The notes under the pieces were generated by a model. That model was not told where the DNA came from, searched no databases, and worked only from the letters and a program-made list of their open reading frames with translations. Below are positions 24,511 to 37,224 of a stretch of DNA of 64,000 nucleotides, in pieces. The stretch comes from Octopus bimaculoides (Eukaryota), in assembly GCF_001194135.2 (NCBI RefSeq), contig NC_068998.1, positions 27,119,668 to 27,183,667 of the forward strand, read 5' to 3'. Numbering within the stretch: the first letter of the stretch is position 1; each line of letters opens with the position of its first letter. A program made the position numbers and the translations under genes.

Positions 24511-27216
24511 TGTGCTCACCTTGCAGCAAGTTTCTGTTATACATATTTTGAAGACAAAACTTAACGAGAATATTTACACCAATTATCTCTTACTTTTGAA
24601 AGAACAAAACTGGATTAACTTGGGAGATGTTGGAATGGAAAAGAATTCCTTGTGAAGAAATAATCAATGAATATTTTCCTCAGTAGAAAGTGTGAAATGA
24701 AACAAAATTCCATACACAAAATAGTTTAGGAAACAAATCTATATCTAAGAAACAATAGACACATTAAAATTTTTTTTAAATGCTTATTTTTTTGTTTTCA
24801 ATCATTATTGAATATTGGAGAAATTTTGCACAGTTTGTAAATTTCAGTTAAATTTTTTTTTACTGGGTGTCGTTCAAAGAAATAAATATGTACAATGGTT
24901 TGGTTACAGAATTCCAGCTGATAATGACTGTGACTGACATATCATCTTGTTAGCTCACATCAGACAATTGCCACACAACTGGAGAAAAGGGAGAGAGAGC
25001 TGATGTTTATCTAACGAACAGCAAAGAAATGAGTCACTTTTCCTTTTACTCAAAATCACTGCAAGCAGGTAAAAATAGGGAATGCCATCACTGCCACAAA
25101 ATCCTTATACACAAGGTGCGAGTATCAAGAAGTTTACATCCTAAGCATGTGGTTTCAGGTTCGACCTCAGTGTGTGTGACACCATGGGAAAGTGCCTTCA
25201 ACTACAGTCTTTGGTCAACCAAAGCCTTGTGATTGGATTTGGTTAACAGAAACGGAAGAAGCTCAGAGTGTGTGGGGGGAGGGAAGTGGGGGGGGAGAGA
25301 GAGAGAGAGAGAGAATGGCTATAACTGGATATCAATGTCATATAAATGGTGTCCCTGATTTCCAGTCTTCTGTGAAGACATATCCAGCCACAGAGGGGAA
25401 CATTACATTGCTTGGAAAGAGGCAAGAGTTGGCAGTAGGATGATTATCTGGCCATAGAAAATATGGCTCAACAACACTTGTGTAACCCATGCAATCTTAG
25501 AAAATGAACATTAAAACAATATAATATTAGTACATGCATATCTAAGACAATATGTAAAGGGTAGCAATAAAACTATTGATAAGAGATTTAAATGGCATAC
25601 AATGAGATGGTAATAAAAGAACTAATGGTTATAAAATACAATAAATGAGATGACAATGAAGGGATAGTAAAACGAAATAATATAAGATGGTCATAAAAAA
25701 CAACTGATAAAAAGCATTCCATTGAAGGAAACGTTAGGTAAGGTACTTATTAACCCTAGATTCAAACAGATGAAAGACATATTCAGAAGGAAAAGAATAG
25801 GGAGAACTTATTCCACAACTCAGCCATTCTGGGGGAAAAAGCTATATGTATGGAATTTTGTATGTGTGTATGTGTACGAGTGTGTGTGCATGTGTGGGGA
25901 GAGGGAACTAAGAAACACAGATGCAATCTGCAAAATTTAACAAACCAAGTTCTGATGAAAAATCCTCAAAAGGATGAAACCAGAGAAAGCTCATCTGAAC
26001 ATCTTACATGGAAGTAATGGCAGGAAAGCAGCCAACTTGCATGTTTTGTCAATGATAGAACAGTTGAAGTGATGACAAGAGGTCATCTGGACTATGATTT
26101 TGATTCAGTATTCTAACAAAAGAGGACAAAACCTGTTTGGAAGAAGTTGCTTAATAGTGTGAGCAGTACTCCATTTTTAGGCAAATCTGGTTCTAAAAAC
26201 ACAAATAAACAGAACCCAGTTTTCTGCAACAAAACGCTTTGCTAATAATGTCAGTATGCATGTAAAAGCACCCATGCCGGAACCTCATAAAAGCACCAAG
26301 TACACTCTGTAAAGTGGTTGGCATTAGGAAAGGCATCAAGCCATAGAAACCAAACCAAAACAGACAAATGGAGCCTGGACAGCCCTCAAGCTGACAAATG
26401 CCTGTCAAATCATCCAATACATGCCAGCATGGAGAACAGACGTTAAATGATGATAATGATGTGTCCCCACAACAAATTTGCTAACTTTAACAAGTACTAT
26501 AAAATATTTAAATGATATGAATGCATCTGTGAGATATTGTGTATTTGTATATCTTATATATACAGGACTTTCTGGTTATAAAGACTGCCAACAAAAGTCA
26601 ATAAAACACATAAATTTGCATGTTTAATATGACTGCTTACATGAACGCGAAAAATTTGTATATTTGACCATGTTCTTGAAACAGGTCTTTTATAAAAGTA
26701 TGCCCTTCCTGAGTCAAAGAATTTAGGACCATACCTATTTTTTAGATAGCTAGGTTAACATAAATAGAGTAAAATGCCTTTAGCTTTTCTCTGAACATAA
26801 ATCATTCAGGAAAATATTGCAGCATTTTAGACTTCTGTACTTTTATACTTTCTAAAGTATTGCAATATTCCAATATTTTCAAATAAGAGAGAGAGAGAGA
26901 GCAATAAAGAGATTGCAAGAAAGAGGTGGGTGAAAGACAAAAGAGAGAAAGAAGTAAGAAAGGGCATTAAAAGCAGAAATAAACAATTATATATTTACTG
27001 TAGTATTTATTTATGAATGAATACCAATTAAAATAACTGCCTATTACTATGAATATACTTGCAATATTAAAAACAGAAATATTAAACACAGAAAATAGCT
27101 AAACTTAGTTATGTCTACACAGACATACTGAGAACTTTCCACCTCATGTTACAAAACATTTACTGCCAAATAGACTCAGATTTGTACTAAAATAATGGAA
27201 AATATGGTAGACTTAC

Positions 27217-27446
27217 ATCTGTATGCTTAGCTGAACTGTTGAATACTTTCAAAGCAACAAACTTTTTCAGTTGCATTATGGTAGCTTGTGAAGAGCATCG
27301 AATGAATTTACGTTTCAAATTGCGCATCGATACACCTCGACCTTCTAGACAGATGTTAACTTGTTCATCGCTGCGATGATAGTCTTGGGTGTCAGAATCT
27401 GGTGGTTGCGTGTGTGTCCGTTCAGTTTCCACACACTCTTCATTAG
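27217..27446 (-). CDS. PCGF3: PCGF3 coding exon 5: linker plus RAWUL start (DYHRSDEQVNICLE...LKRKFIRCSSQATIMQLKKFVALK)
   Basis: TTTTATTTCCAG acceptor at 27447, GAT|GTAAGT donor, 230 nt, phase 1 to 0; strong PCGF3 motif match. Confidence 0.96.
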
Positions 27447-27964
27447 CTGGAAATAAAACATGTCAAAGATCATTAACAAATTGAACATGATCAAAACACA
27501 ATGGAAAAGAAAAAACAGAGACATGAACTGTGTTAACTCTTTCACAACCATATTTTTAATTAATTACTCTGTTTCAGTTAATTTTGAAAATAATCAATGA
27601 TTTGAAGAGATCTAGTGACATAACTACTTTTATTAAACTAGTCTTGGAAATATAACAAAAAGTTCAATGAGGCAAAGTTTTAGTTTAAATATGAACTCTT
27701 TAAAATAGTTTATATAACAAAACCAGAAGCAGTCTCCAGTGAGTTTGTATTAAAAGGACTAAGATGATAGTCATATCACTTGTGACAGAATGTGCTAAGG
27801 AACAGGAGCAGCAATTTTAGCAGCACAATTCAATACACATAAGAGTGTATGGTAGGAATTCCTTCACTCTTTGCAACTGGAAAAAACACTATAATTGAAG
27901 CAGTGTTTTATGGACAGAGGTTTCAGACCAACCACTGTATTTCATTTTATTTATTAATCTAAAG

Positions 27965-28282
27965 CAGTGGTTCTCAACCAGAGTCAATATAAGATTTTGG
28001 TGGGGTCCATGCAAGCAAAATCAAATTAGGGACCCATAATAGTATATTAAAGGTCCATGAAAAATGTTTGCTCTAGATGTATTTAATGCAAGAAACAGGT
28101 AGATTTCTTTCTCAAACATTTTACATAATTCAACCTATATGAGTTAATGTGTGAAAAGCAAAATAGGAATTTTAAAAGGAGTATCTATAAAACTACTTTT
28201 TAAACATTGAATGGCTATGGGGGTCCACCAGAATAAAACAGTAACCAAAGGGGTTTATAGATAAAAAATGGTTGAGACCTAT
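27965..28282. mobile_element. hAT/Charlie-like MITE (degenerate right end)
   Basis: Starts CAGTGGTTCTCAACC and ends AAAATGGTTGAGACC. Confidence 0.65.
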
Positions 28283-29957
28283 AGAAATGGACATTTTCAG
28301 CCCTTCTAGAATGGAACATAAGAATGAGTGGATAAGGTTAATGAAATTAATGTTCTGTGCAAATATCTGTAAGTGATGACTAAGCAAAAGATTGCAGCAA
28401 ATGCAGTTCTGAAGGAAAATTAAACAAAATGTTTAAAATGTAATTTGACACTGAAACGTAAACATTGTAGACATTGTTTGCTATGTTAGAAGTGTTAGGA
28501 CAAAGGAATATTTATTTATGTAAATATATACTATTCCTGTAATTTGTTTTCTTAAAAGAACAATCATTCTATGTGAGTATCAATTAGAGCATCGGTTGAG
28601 TGGTTGGCATTAGAGTAGGCCCCCAACCAAAGAATCCTTGTCAAAACTGAAATATTGTAAAAACTTGGATTCAATAACGAACAGGTTTTTAAAAATATAC
28701 GCAAAAAGTATTATTCTGAGGTTAATTGAAACAGGATGTGCTAGAAAACTACATGATGATTTCATATATCAAATACCACATGGTTTGACAAATTAAACAC
28801 TGTTAACGAAGTACAGTGACATGACAGAATAAAATGCATTTACAAGGACAGAGAAATGTAAAAAAAATTTAAGCTCAAGAATGATCCAAATCAAAAACAT
28901 TTAACTAACAAAAAAAGCAATAATCCTATCCTAAGTTGGCTTTTATATTTTTATCTTGGCTTAAAATGTGTCATATAATAGAGATAAAAGTGACTCAAAG
29001 TTAGCTATAACAGCTTAAATGTTAGTATATTGTGTGACAAACCATTATAATAAAGTGCAATAGATAAGCTACTAGGAATAAATAAATTTGTCTTATCTTC
29101 TTGAATTTAGTGAGTGTATGTTGTACAGCTAGAGCATTCTAAATATATGTTACTGTATTCAGTCAATGAATGTACGTTACTGTACTTAATGGTACAAAGA
29201 AAAATGGCCATGAAACATCAGACAACAATGGCAATCAAAAATTAAAATCATACAAGATGCAATTAGATACTCTTTTCTACAGCAAGAATAATAATAATTA
29301 TGAGCAAAGATCTAGTGTAAATGATATTAGATATCATAAGTACTAATTTGAGACATGGAAACAAAATAAACAATGTCACAGAAGGACCAAAACTTCCTAG
29401 TTGCCAGAAAATTCCATTATGGACCACACTATAGTGTAAGTCCTCAAATTGCATGCTATAATTTGTTTCTGCTTTGATCTTGTAAAGGAAAGATATTTTG
29501 AATAATGTAGTCCTAGATACACAATGCATGAAAAAGAGGAGATGGTCACAGTTAGAACACCTCTGATCATCAGACTGTTCAATCAGAGCTTATCTGGAAC
29601 TAATTAACAAAGGGTGCTGATCATAAGACCATACACATGAAGGTTAATTGCGAATAAATATCTTTTAAGATTGCATTTCTTATTATTTTTCCCTAAAATA
29701 TTTCAAAATTTAAAGTTTTGATCTTTTGACGTTATAGCATTTGATATTCTGATTTTTCAGTCATATGAAATTCAGCTTCATGACCCCAAATCATAGCATC
29801 AATATTCAGTAAAATAGAGAGAAAAATAGAAGGGAAGTTTGCAGTTCAGTATTACAGCCAATAAAAGTAGGAGAAACCTGTTATTTCCACATACGATGCA
29901 CTATTTTCTCAATGTAGAATAAACAGGAAAATCAAAGTAAAACAAAGAGATACTGAC

Positions 29958-30023
29958 CTCCAATGGATTTTGGAAATGGAACACCTCTGCTCTTATAAAA
30001 CTGTTGCTGCCGCCGTAGTTCAT
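29958..30023 (-). CDS. PCGF3: PCGF3 coding exon 4: ELRRQQQFYKSRGVPFPKSIG
   Basis: ATTTCAG acceptor, G|GTCAGT donor, 66 nt in phase 1-1. It keeps the frame between exons 3 and 5 and aligns to EMRKQREFY in human PCGF3. Confidence 0.88.
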
Positions 30024-30240
30024 CTGAAATAATACAGCAGACCCATTAGGATACCACACACAAACCAACAAGATATACCCTCCATATGCAGTTATGAAAT
30101 ATTATGTATTAGGACAACATAACAAGATATCATATGTAAAGTTGTTTAATCGAAAATACAATATACTATATGTTCAGTTACATGATATTTATTTTATTAC
30201 AAGTGAAGACATCTGCAGCTCTTATCTGCTCACCACTCAC

Positions 30241-30255
30241 CTGGCTGGAAATAGC
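30241..30255 (-). CDS. PCGF3: Candidate alternative 15-nt microexon of PCGF3 (would change LQE-N-EL to LQE-SYFQPD-EL)
   Basis: CTTATTTTAG|GCTATTTCCAGCCAG|GTGAGT; a multiple of 3, phase 1-1 compatible and stop-free. No expression evidence. Confidence 0.5.
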
Positions 30256-30369
30256 CTAAAATAAGTTTTAATCACAAAATTATTGTGCACGTGCATGTGT
30301 GTATGTGTGAGTGTGTGTGTGCACGCACCTTGCAGATATAGAGTATTTGTCAGAAAATAATGTAACCAT

Positions 30370-30592
30370 CCAATCATGGTCAATACCAACTCTTCTGGCT
30401 CCTTGTGCTGGTGGCACGTAGAAAGCACCCACTACACTCTCGGAGTGGTTGGAGTTAGGAAGGGCATCCAGCTGTAGAAACACTGCCAGATCAGATTGGG
30501 GCCTGGTGCAGCCTCCTGGCTTCCCAGACCCCAGTCGAACCGTCCCACCCATGCCAGCATGGAAAGCAGGCATAAAACGATGATGATGATGA
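30370..30592 (+). mobile_element. (ATG)n-tailed retroposon copy
   Basis: gcacccactacactctcggagtggttggagttaggaagggcatccagctgtagaaa...catgccagcatggaaagc...gatgatgatg. Confidence 0.75.
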
Positions 30593-30884
30593 TTGAGCCT
30601 TATCATGACTATAACTAATGTCAGACATGACAATGATGAAGTGTGACATCATAAATAAAAACAAAACATTGTAGTCTACAGCACAATATAAAACAGTTTA
30701 TAGTTTACACACACTACGGTAAAAGAGTCTTACAGGTCTAGTTGATACATCAAACACTACAGTAACAATGTGTTACAACACTAGTTTATATACAACAATG
30801 TTTTATAGCTCTAGTTAACACCATAGAAAATACAGTAACAGTATATATCATGAAATCTAATATTTAATCCATCTTAAACTACAT

Positions 30885-31265
30885 CATCATCATTTAACAT
30901 CTGTCTTCCATGCTGGCATAGGTTGGATGGTTTGACTGGAGCCAGCGAGGTAAAAGACTACACCATGCTACTGACCCTGTTTTGGCATGGTTTTTACAGT
31001 TGGATGCCCTTCCTAACACCAACCGTTCCATAGAGTGGACTGAGTGCTTTTTATGAGGCACCAGCACAGGCAAGGTCAGTTTTGGTATGGCTTTTATACC
31101 TGGATGCCCTTCCAAACGTCAACCACTTCGCAGTGTGGACTGAATGCTTTCTATGTGGTACCACCACCAGCAGTGTCACCAAGTGACTTGCAAGACAAAG
31201 AATTTTGAGAGAAGGGCATTGAGGGAGGAGACCTTGTATCAGATGAGGAAAGATTAGAGTATGAC
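30885..31265 (-). mobile_element. (ATG)n-tailed retroposon copy, inverted relative to 30370-30592
   Basis: catcatcatcatttaacatctgtcttccatgctggcat...ggatgcccttcc (twice, an internal tandem unit). Confidence 0.75.
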
Positions 31266-31429
31266 AGAGAGACAGAGACAACTATAGTGAATACATTAAA
31301 GTGTTTATAATCATTGAGTTTCAATTAGAGTCACAACAGGTAAAATTCAAATGTTTTGAGCTAGTTTTCCACCACATTTCTTAAAAATCGTGGTAGAGGC
31401 CTTGGTCTCAGGACCACTCATATCTAGGA

Positions 31430-32870
31430 ACTGAGGTTGGTGGGTAAGCATGGGCATGCTCCCCATAGAAAATCCAGCTACAAAACAAGCCTCATGATAA
31501 TAGCAAAGAAGAATGGGCACCAGTCAGCCCAAAGGTTGGGGTGGGCTACATCTGCCTACTTGAAAACAGAAGGTGCAAACCCTCATCCTGGGTTGCACAA
31601 GCATGACTTGCTTTATGACGGCTGACGGCCTGAGGAGAAGTTTGGGGGTTGAGAAGTTGGAATGTGGGCAGTCTGTGTGGAAGGGGAACTGAGGTGTGCA
31701 AGGAATTGAGGAAGAGGAGGGTGGATGTGTGCTGTGTGCAGGAGGTTAGGTGGAGGGGCCAAGGTGCAAGATTTGTGGGGGTCAAGGGAAGAAGGTACAA
31801 GTTGTGGTGGTTGGGGAAATAGTAGGGGGACTGGAGGTGTGGGAGTTTTGGTGAAGAAAAAAATCTGTGAGAAGGTGGTGGAGGTCAGGAGAAAGAGTGA
31901 CAGAGCGATGGCAGTAGTGTTAGCATTTGAAGAAGAAGTGGTGAAGGTGATTTGTGGGTATGGTTCGCAAAGTGGAAGAGGGATCGCTGAGAAAGAGCAG
32001 TTCTTCGATGTAATGATGAATGAGTGGGACTTAGAAAAGGTAGATGAATTGGTTTTGGGCATCAGTGATTTTAATGGACATGTTGGGAAATGGATCCAGG
32101 GCTTTGAGGGTGTGCATGGGGGAAATGGAATTGGGGAGAGAAATTTGGAAGGAAGGATACTGTTGGAGTTTTGTGATGAGAAAGAGTTGTATGTGACAAA
32201 TACATGGTTTAGGAAAACAGAGAAGGAAGGTGACTTTCAGCGCCAGAGGGAATGAGACAGAGATTGATTTTGTGTTAGTTGGCAGGAAAAACAGAAAATA
32301 TCTGAGAGATGTGAAGACAGTATCGGGGCAGTTGCAGCACAGGTTGGTGGTTGCTGACTTGGATAAGAGGAGAGTTAAAAAGCATGTGAGAAAAGGAACA
32401 GTTGCGAGGAGAAAGGTGTGGAAACTGAAAGAAAAAGAAACAAGAGCAAGCTTTGAGGAGAAAGTTGGGGAGTTGGTAAGCATTGATACACCGGATTTAT
32501 GGAAGTCTTTTAAAGAAGGGGTACTCAAGGCATGTGACAAAGTGTGTGGAAGGATGAAGGGTAGGAGAGATCGAGGAAATACATGGTGGTGGAACAAGAC
32601 GGTAAGGGATGTGATTGCAAGGTAGAAGGAAGCGCACAAAGCTTTATGTAATAATAGGACTGAGCAAATGAAAGCCAGGTATGATAACATGAAGAATCAT
32701 GCAAAGAAGGTGGTTGTGAGATCTATGAGGAAGGAGGCTGTGGAGAGGTTGAGCAGGCTGGATGAGAACCCAGATAGAGTGTTGAAGTTTAGTAAATCAA
32801 TGAAAAATGACGGAAGAGATGTTGAGGAAGGAAGATGCATGAGGGGAAGTGATGGAAGGTTGAATTGGGA
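31430..32870 (+). mobile_element. RTE-clade LINE 5' fragment: leader, AP endonuclease and linker, no RT
   Basis: Frames give RSWNVGSL..RGTEVCKELRKRRVDVCCVQEVRW, GGVGVLV, VICGYGSQSG, GISDFNGHVG, GVHGG.GIGERNLEG, NTWF and TEIDFVLV...QHRLVV. Frameshifted. Confidence 0.9.
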
Positions 32871-33367
32871 GGTTGATAGAAGGTTGAATCAACCCAGAAC
32901 CATATGGTTCAGAAGCAAGCTTCTTGTCACACAGCTACACCTGCACCTATGTAAGCAGAATGTTTGTTGAATTGTTTGGAAAGGATTAAATGTGATTTAT
33001 GTGATTTATGTGGCATCATCTGAAAGTATTAACTAATTCCTCTGAATGTCTCCAGAGCAACAAACAGAGTCTCATGATGTTTATTTAAATCCCAAAAACT
33101 GCTAATTAGTTTGCTAAACAACAATGTCAATGGTCACAATTCTCATTTACCTAGTGTGACATGCATGACAAAAATTGATTGCAACATTTTCAAGATAAGC
33201 ATTTTCTATGTATGTCCCATATAGGGTAGATCTGGAAGAAATGGTCTCAATATGGATATCTGGTTGAAAATGAACCATTTCAACATACTTTTATAGATAT
33301 ATAAAGTTTTTTTTTTTTATGGGGGGGGGGGTATTCTAAAATCTTTATAAAACCTGCTCTGGTTTAA

Positions 33368-33569
33368 CCCTTTAGCATTTAACCAACTATATCTTCCGAA
33401 ATATTCTGTTTTATGTTCAAACTGGCCAGAACCAGCCTTTCACACCTACCCTACAACGTAATTCAAAAAATATATAAACACATCATAGAAATCTTGAAGC
33501 TACAAGATAATGCATGATTAATTCAAAACAATGTGAATAAATAAGCAGCATATTTGACAAAGTAATGGG
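33368..33569. mobile_element. piggyBac-like MITE
   Basis: TTAA|CCCTTTAGCATTT ... TAATGGG|TTAA; the right TIR is eroded. Confidence 0.65.
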
Positions 33570-33812
33570 TTAACTTTCATGAGAATGGCTCAGATATTAA
33601 TAACTTAGTTATATTCTCTCTTTCATTTCGTTATATTTCAAAATACTAATGAATTGATTTTATAATTATTTTATGAATATACTTAGCAAAATGTTTACTG
33701 AAATCAAGGTGATGAAAGTATATTATATTATAGAAGAGATAATTTTGCTAATAATCAGTAAATGGATCTTCAGTTAGTTTCAGTGATGTCTATTTCAGTT
33801 GTTTGATCAATG

Positions 33813-33819
<7 letters not shown>

Positions 33820-33845
<26 letters not shown>

Positions 33846-33963
33846 NNNNNNNNNNNNNNNNNNNNNNNNNNNNNNNNNNNNNNNNNNNNNNNNNNNNNNN
33901 NNNNNNNNNNNNNNNNNNNNNNNNNNNNNNNNNNNNNNNNNNNNNNNNNNNNNNNNNNNNNNN

Positions 33964-34045
<82 letters not shown>

Positions 34046-34075
34046 ATACACACACACACACACACACACACATGT
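33820..34075. repeat. (TA)n / gap 33846-33963 / (GT)n / (CA)n compound microsatellite
   Basis: Directly visible. Confidence 0.95.
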
Positions 34076-34406
34076 ATATATTATGGAATTAACTTTCTAT
34101 GCCAAAAACAATGATTTGTTCAGTACAAGCAATTTGTTAAATACCAATTGTTGTTGACCACTTCTGATTTGCTCCAAGTCATCTGTGTATCAATAATAAT
34201 ATACTTTACTGCAATCTCTTGCTAGTAAAAGCCTGCTGAAGACAGAGGTATATAAAAACAGAAATTCATCCTGTAAATAAAGTATTTTCTACATATAGTT
34301 TCCATTGTATGTAGACTAATTAACAAATACAACTGTTGAAGTAACTAAATCATTTGATTTACACAGAGACCATATAATTATCAAGCAAATAAGGGAGTGT
34401 CTAGCT

Positions 34407-34673
34407 CAGTGCTTCTCAACCATTGTTTGCCGATGGACTCCATTTGATTCCTATTATACTCAGGTGGATCCTCATACCCATTCAATATTTTTTTTAATTC
34501 TATTATATTTTTATAATTAAATATTATTATGAAGATTATGAACTGTATTAAAAAAAATTGTTAAAATATTTTGTGTATTGTAGAAATATAACCAATTTAT
34601 TGCAGCTAAAGTTTAACAAAAAATACTTATGTGGACACCCAAAGGTTATATGGTCTTCAATTGAGAACCACTG
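34407..34673. mobile_element. hAT/Charlie-like MITE with 8-bp TSD
   Basis: TIR CAGTGCTTCTCAA / TTGAGAACCACTG (12/13 match); TSD GTCTAGCT (34399-34406) vs GTCTAGTT (34674-34681), close to the Charlie NTCTAGAN target preference. Confidence 0.88.
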
Positions 34674-34814
34674 GTCTAGTTAGTCCTTAACCTACTAGAA
34701 ATAGCAGATGAATCTCCTTCAAATCCCTCTGCAGTGTCTTTAGAGCAATGGAATTTTTGCAAGGCTAACATGAGACTTAACTACATTCCGCCAAGTGTTT
34801 GTTTCAATACTTAC

Positions 34815-34870
34815 TTTCTTGTAATTCTGGCACCAGTTTGTACACAATGTCCTGCATGGTCCGGTCATGG
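34815..34870 (-). CDS. PCGF3: PCGF3 coding exon 3: (S)HDRTMQDIVYKLVPELQE
   Basis: TGTTGCAG acceptor, A|GTAAGT donor, 56 nt; carries the invariant DRTMQDIVYKLVP motif. Confidence 0.96.
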
Positions 34871-35546
34871 CTGCAACACATATTAGTTACATGTTAGCAC
34901 TAAATATAAACTGACATGAATGACACACAATAACATTAAACATGATGTAGTTTATATACAGGTTGATATTCTAAATATTAAAAATATTTACAGACAATAC
35001 TGTCTTATAATAATAAAAATAACAATGTTCCATGCACCCATAAAAAAGCTTATAGAGAAACAACAGAAAGATTCCCAGCATAGGGTTTTAGGAGAACTAG
35101 TTAGGTTGAATGGAGCCTTGTAAAAGAACTGGATGAATAACAGATATTTAGATTATATCATAAGAGCAGATGACCAACAAAAATTGTTGTGCAGAGGAAA
35201 AGCCCTCAGAAAAAACATCAAGAGGATGATCTGGAAGAAACTGGATTGATAACATCACGGAGATGTCAGGATTGAAAATGCAACAATGAATAAAAGCATC
35301 AGAAAATTAGGAGGAGTGGAGAAAAGAGCTGAAAGTATTGACTATAGTGTGAGCAGGATAACTCATTGGCTGGTGCATTATACATCAGTAAAAGTCTTAA
35401 TTGAAATTCTCAATGAAAAATATGAGCGAGTGTCACCCAATTTTTGAGGTTGGGGTAATACTTTTAGTAAGAGTTAAGAACACAGAGATAAACAGCTAGC
35501 CAAACACATAGCAACAACGATGACAATACCACTGATGCAGATGTTC

Positions 35547-35577
<31 letters not shown>

Positions 35578-36590
35578 TTTTTCTATGTTTGCAAGGACTG
35601 GATGGGCTTTCTCCAACACAAAGTTGCACCACCTGTTATCAGTCTTGACCACTTTTTCTATGTGTTCCTTTTCTACATGTTCCTCCTGCTTGGATTGTTT
35701 GGCATTTCTTTACCCAACTGCCATCCTTCATGTGCATTACACATCTGTCAGTATGGTCTCTTTTCTTGCACAATATGGTAGATATCTTTTATAATGACTT
35801 TATTTGTAAATATATTTGGTGCACCATCATCCATACATATCTAATATCACACATCCAGTGAGCATACTCAGTTAATTTCTTTCTTGCCTTAGTGTATCCT
35901 CTGCATTCAAGACCCATATTCACTATCCCATAATACTGCACTTCCTACATAAGCATAATATACTCTGCCCTTCATTCAGAAAGGAATTCCCTTTGTTGCC
36001 AACAGAAGTAACAGCTCCATGAACACTTACTAGCTTGTTCATACTATGCTTTCGGAACACCTACCCTCACTGGTTATTAAGCCACCTAAATAACAGAAGC
36101 TATCAGCTGTTACAAGGAATCTTCTGAGAGTTTGAAAGAATCTATTTCATTGGTGTTTTTACTGCTATCTATTCCTTTTACAGACAAATTCTTTCTCGAG
36201 TCACATCCAACTCTTATGCAACTACAGTTTACAATGGATATACTGTATAGAATTCCCATCTGCTCTTTGTTTGCATATCGAGTATGACTACTTTCCAAAT
36301 AGCAGGAGAGTCCTATTAGAGTCCTAAATAAATTTTTGTCTTTGTTAGATTTCCTTTGAGGCCTCTTGATTCTAGGTTTTACTTCTACATTTGCAAATTT
36401 TTCCCTAAACTTTAAACAGCTTCAGCTATGTGAACTAAGTCATTGGCATACAGGAGTTTTCATAGTCAGTCTTGAACCCATCTTTATAGCCTGGTAAACT
36501 ACAATGAACAGGATTGAATGCAGAACCAAACTGATGGATTCGTGTCTGCAAACTGCTTTTTTTAGTGAACTCACTGCTCACTCTCACCTT
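35547..36590 (-). mobile_element. RTE-clade LINE 3' fragment (RT C-terminal half plus (ATG)n tail), decayed
   Basis: Minus frames give WKLLYANDL (YADD remnant), LESRGLKGNL, a C..C..GV-type insert and EIDSF; the tail appears as (CAT)n at 35547-35577. Confidence 0.75.
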
Positions 36591-37026
36591 GCTGACATTA
36601 TATAACTTGTACAGCTCTCATAAGCCATTCATCTACTTCCTTTTGTGATATACATTTTACAGTTGGATGACCATATGACCAACCAATTTATCGTGTCACC
36701 CACACAAGAGATTGTATACAACAAGATAAAGATTATTGCTCTTGTTGGATGGATTTCCTGCATGAAGTTAGTAAAATCTGTTTTCTTTTTTCCTGCATAG
36801 TTTTTTGCAACATGCGGAACCGTTAATACCAACATTTTTTCTCTCTCATCCCTTTCTATTGAAGAGCATAAGTTCAAAATGTCAAAGACTTTTCCATCTT
36901 CCCCAAGTATCAAACTAATATATCTGCATGTTTTCCTTCGCCTGTCTTTTGGTTTCTGTACATCTGAACCAGTTTTTCTTTGATAACTGGATCCCCTACT
37001 TATTATTAACGACATCACAGAAAGGA

Positions 37027-37224
37027 CGGTACTAGGACAAAATCTCACTGGACAAAATCCCCTGGTAGTCAATATTCCCCAGGATATTGTTCTTTCTTTA
37101 TAATAAAAATATCTTAGGAAAGAGAAATTTTATAAAAAAAATTTTTAATATTTATTAGTTGATATTTTTGTGTAAAATTTTATCCAGAGGGATTTTGTCC
37201 TCGGAGAATTTTGTCCTGATACCG
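37027..37224. mobile_element. 198-bp unclassified MITE with about 40-bp imperfect TIRs containing tandem GGACAAAAT subrepeats
   Basis: CGGTACTAGGACAAAATCTCACTGGACAAAATCCCCTGG vs reverse complement of the right end CGGTATCAGGACAAAATTCTCCGAGGACAAAATCCCCTCTGG; flanks AAAGGA / AATGGA. Confidence 0.8.

Noticed and set aside
24521-24534. Second minus-strand microexon candidate in PCGF3 intron 5 (ATAACAG|14 nt|GTGAGC)
   Set aside because: It is frame-shifting, has a poor pyrimidine tract and lies at the edge of a retroelement.
31430-36590. RTE EN half (+) and RTE RT half (-) as one twin-primed inverted insertion
   Set aside because: They are separated by 2.7 kb containing PCGF3 exon 3, and the tail of the RT half faces the EN half, which does not fit twin priming.
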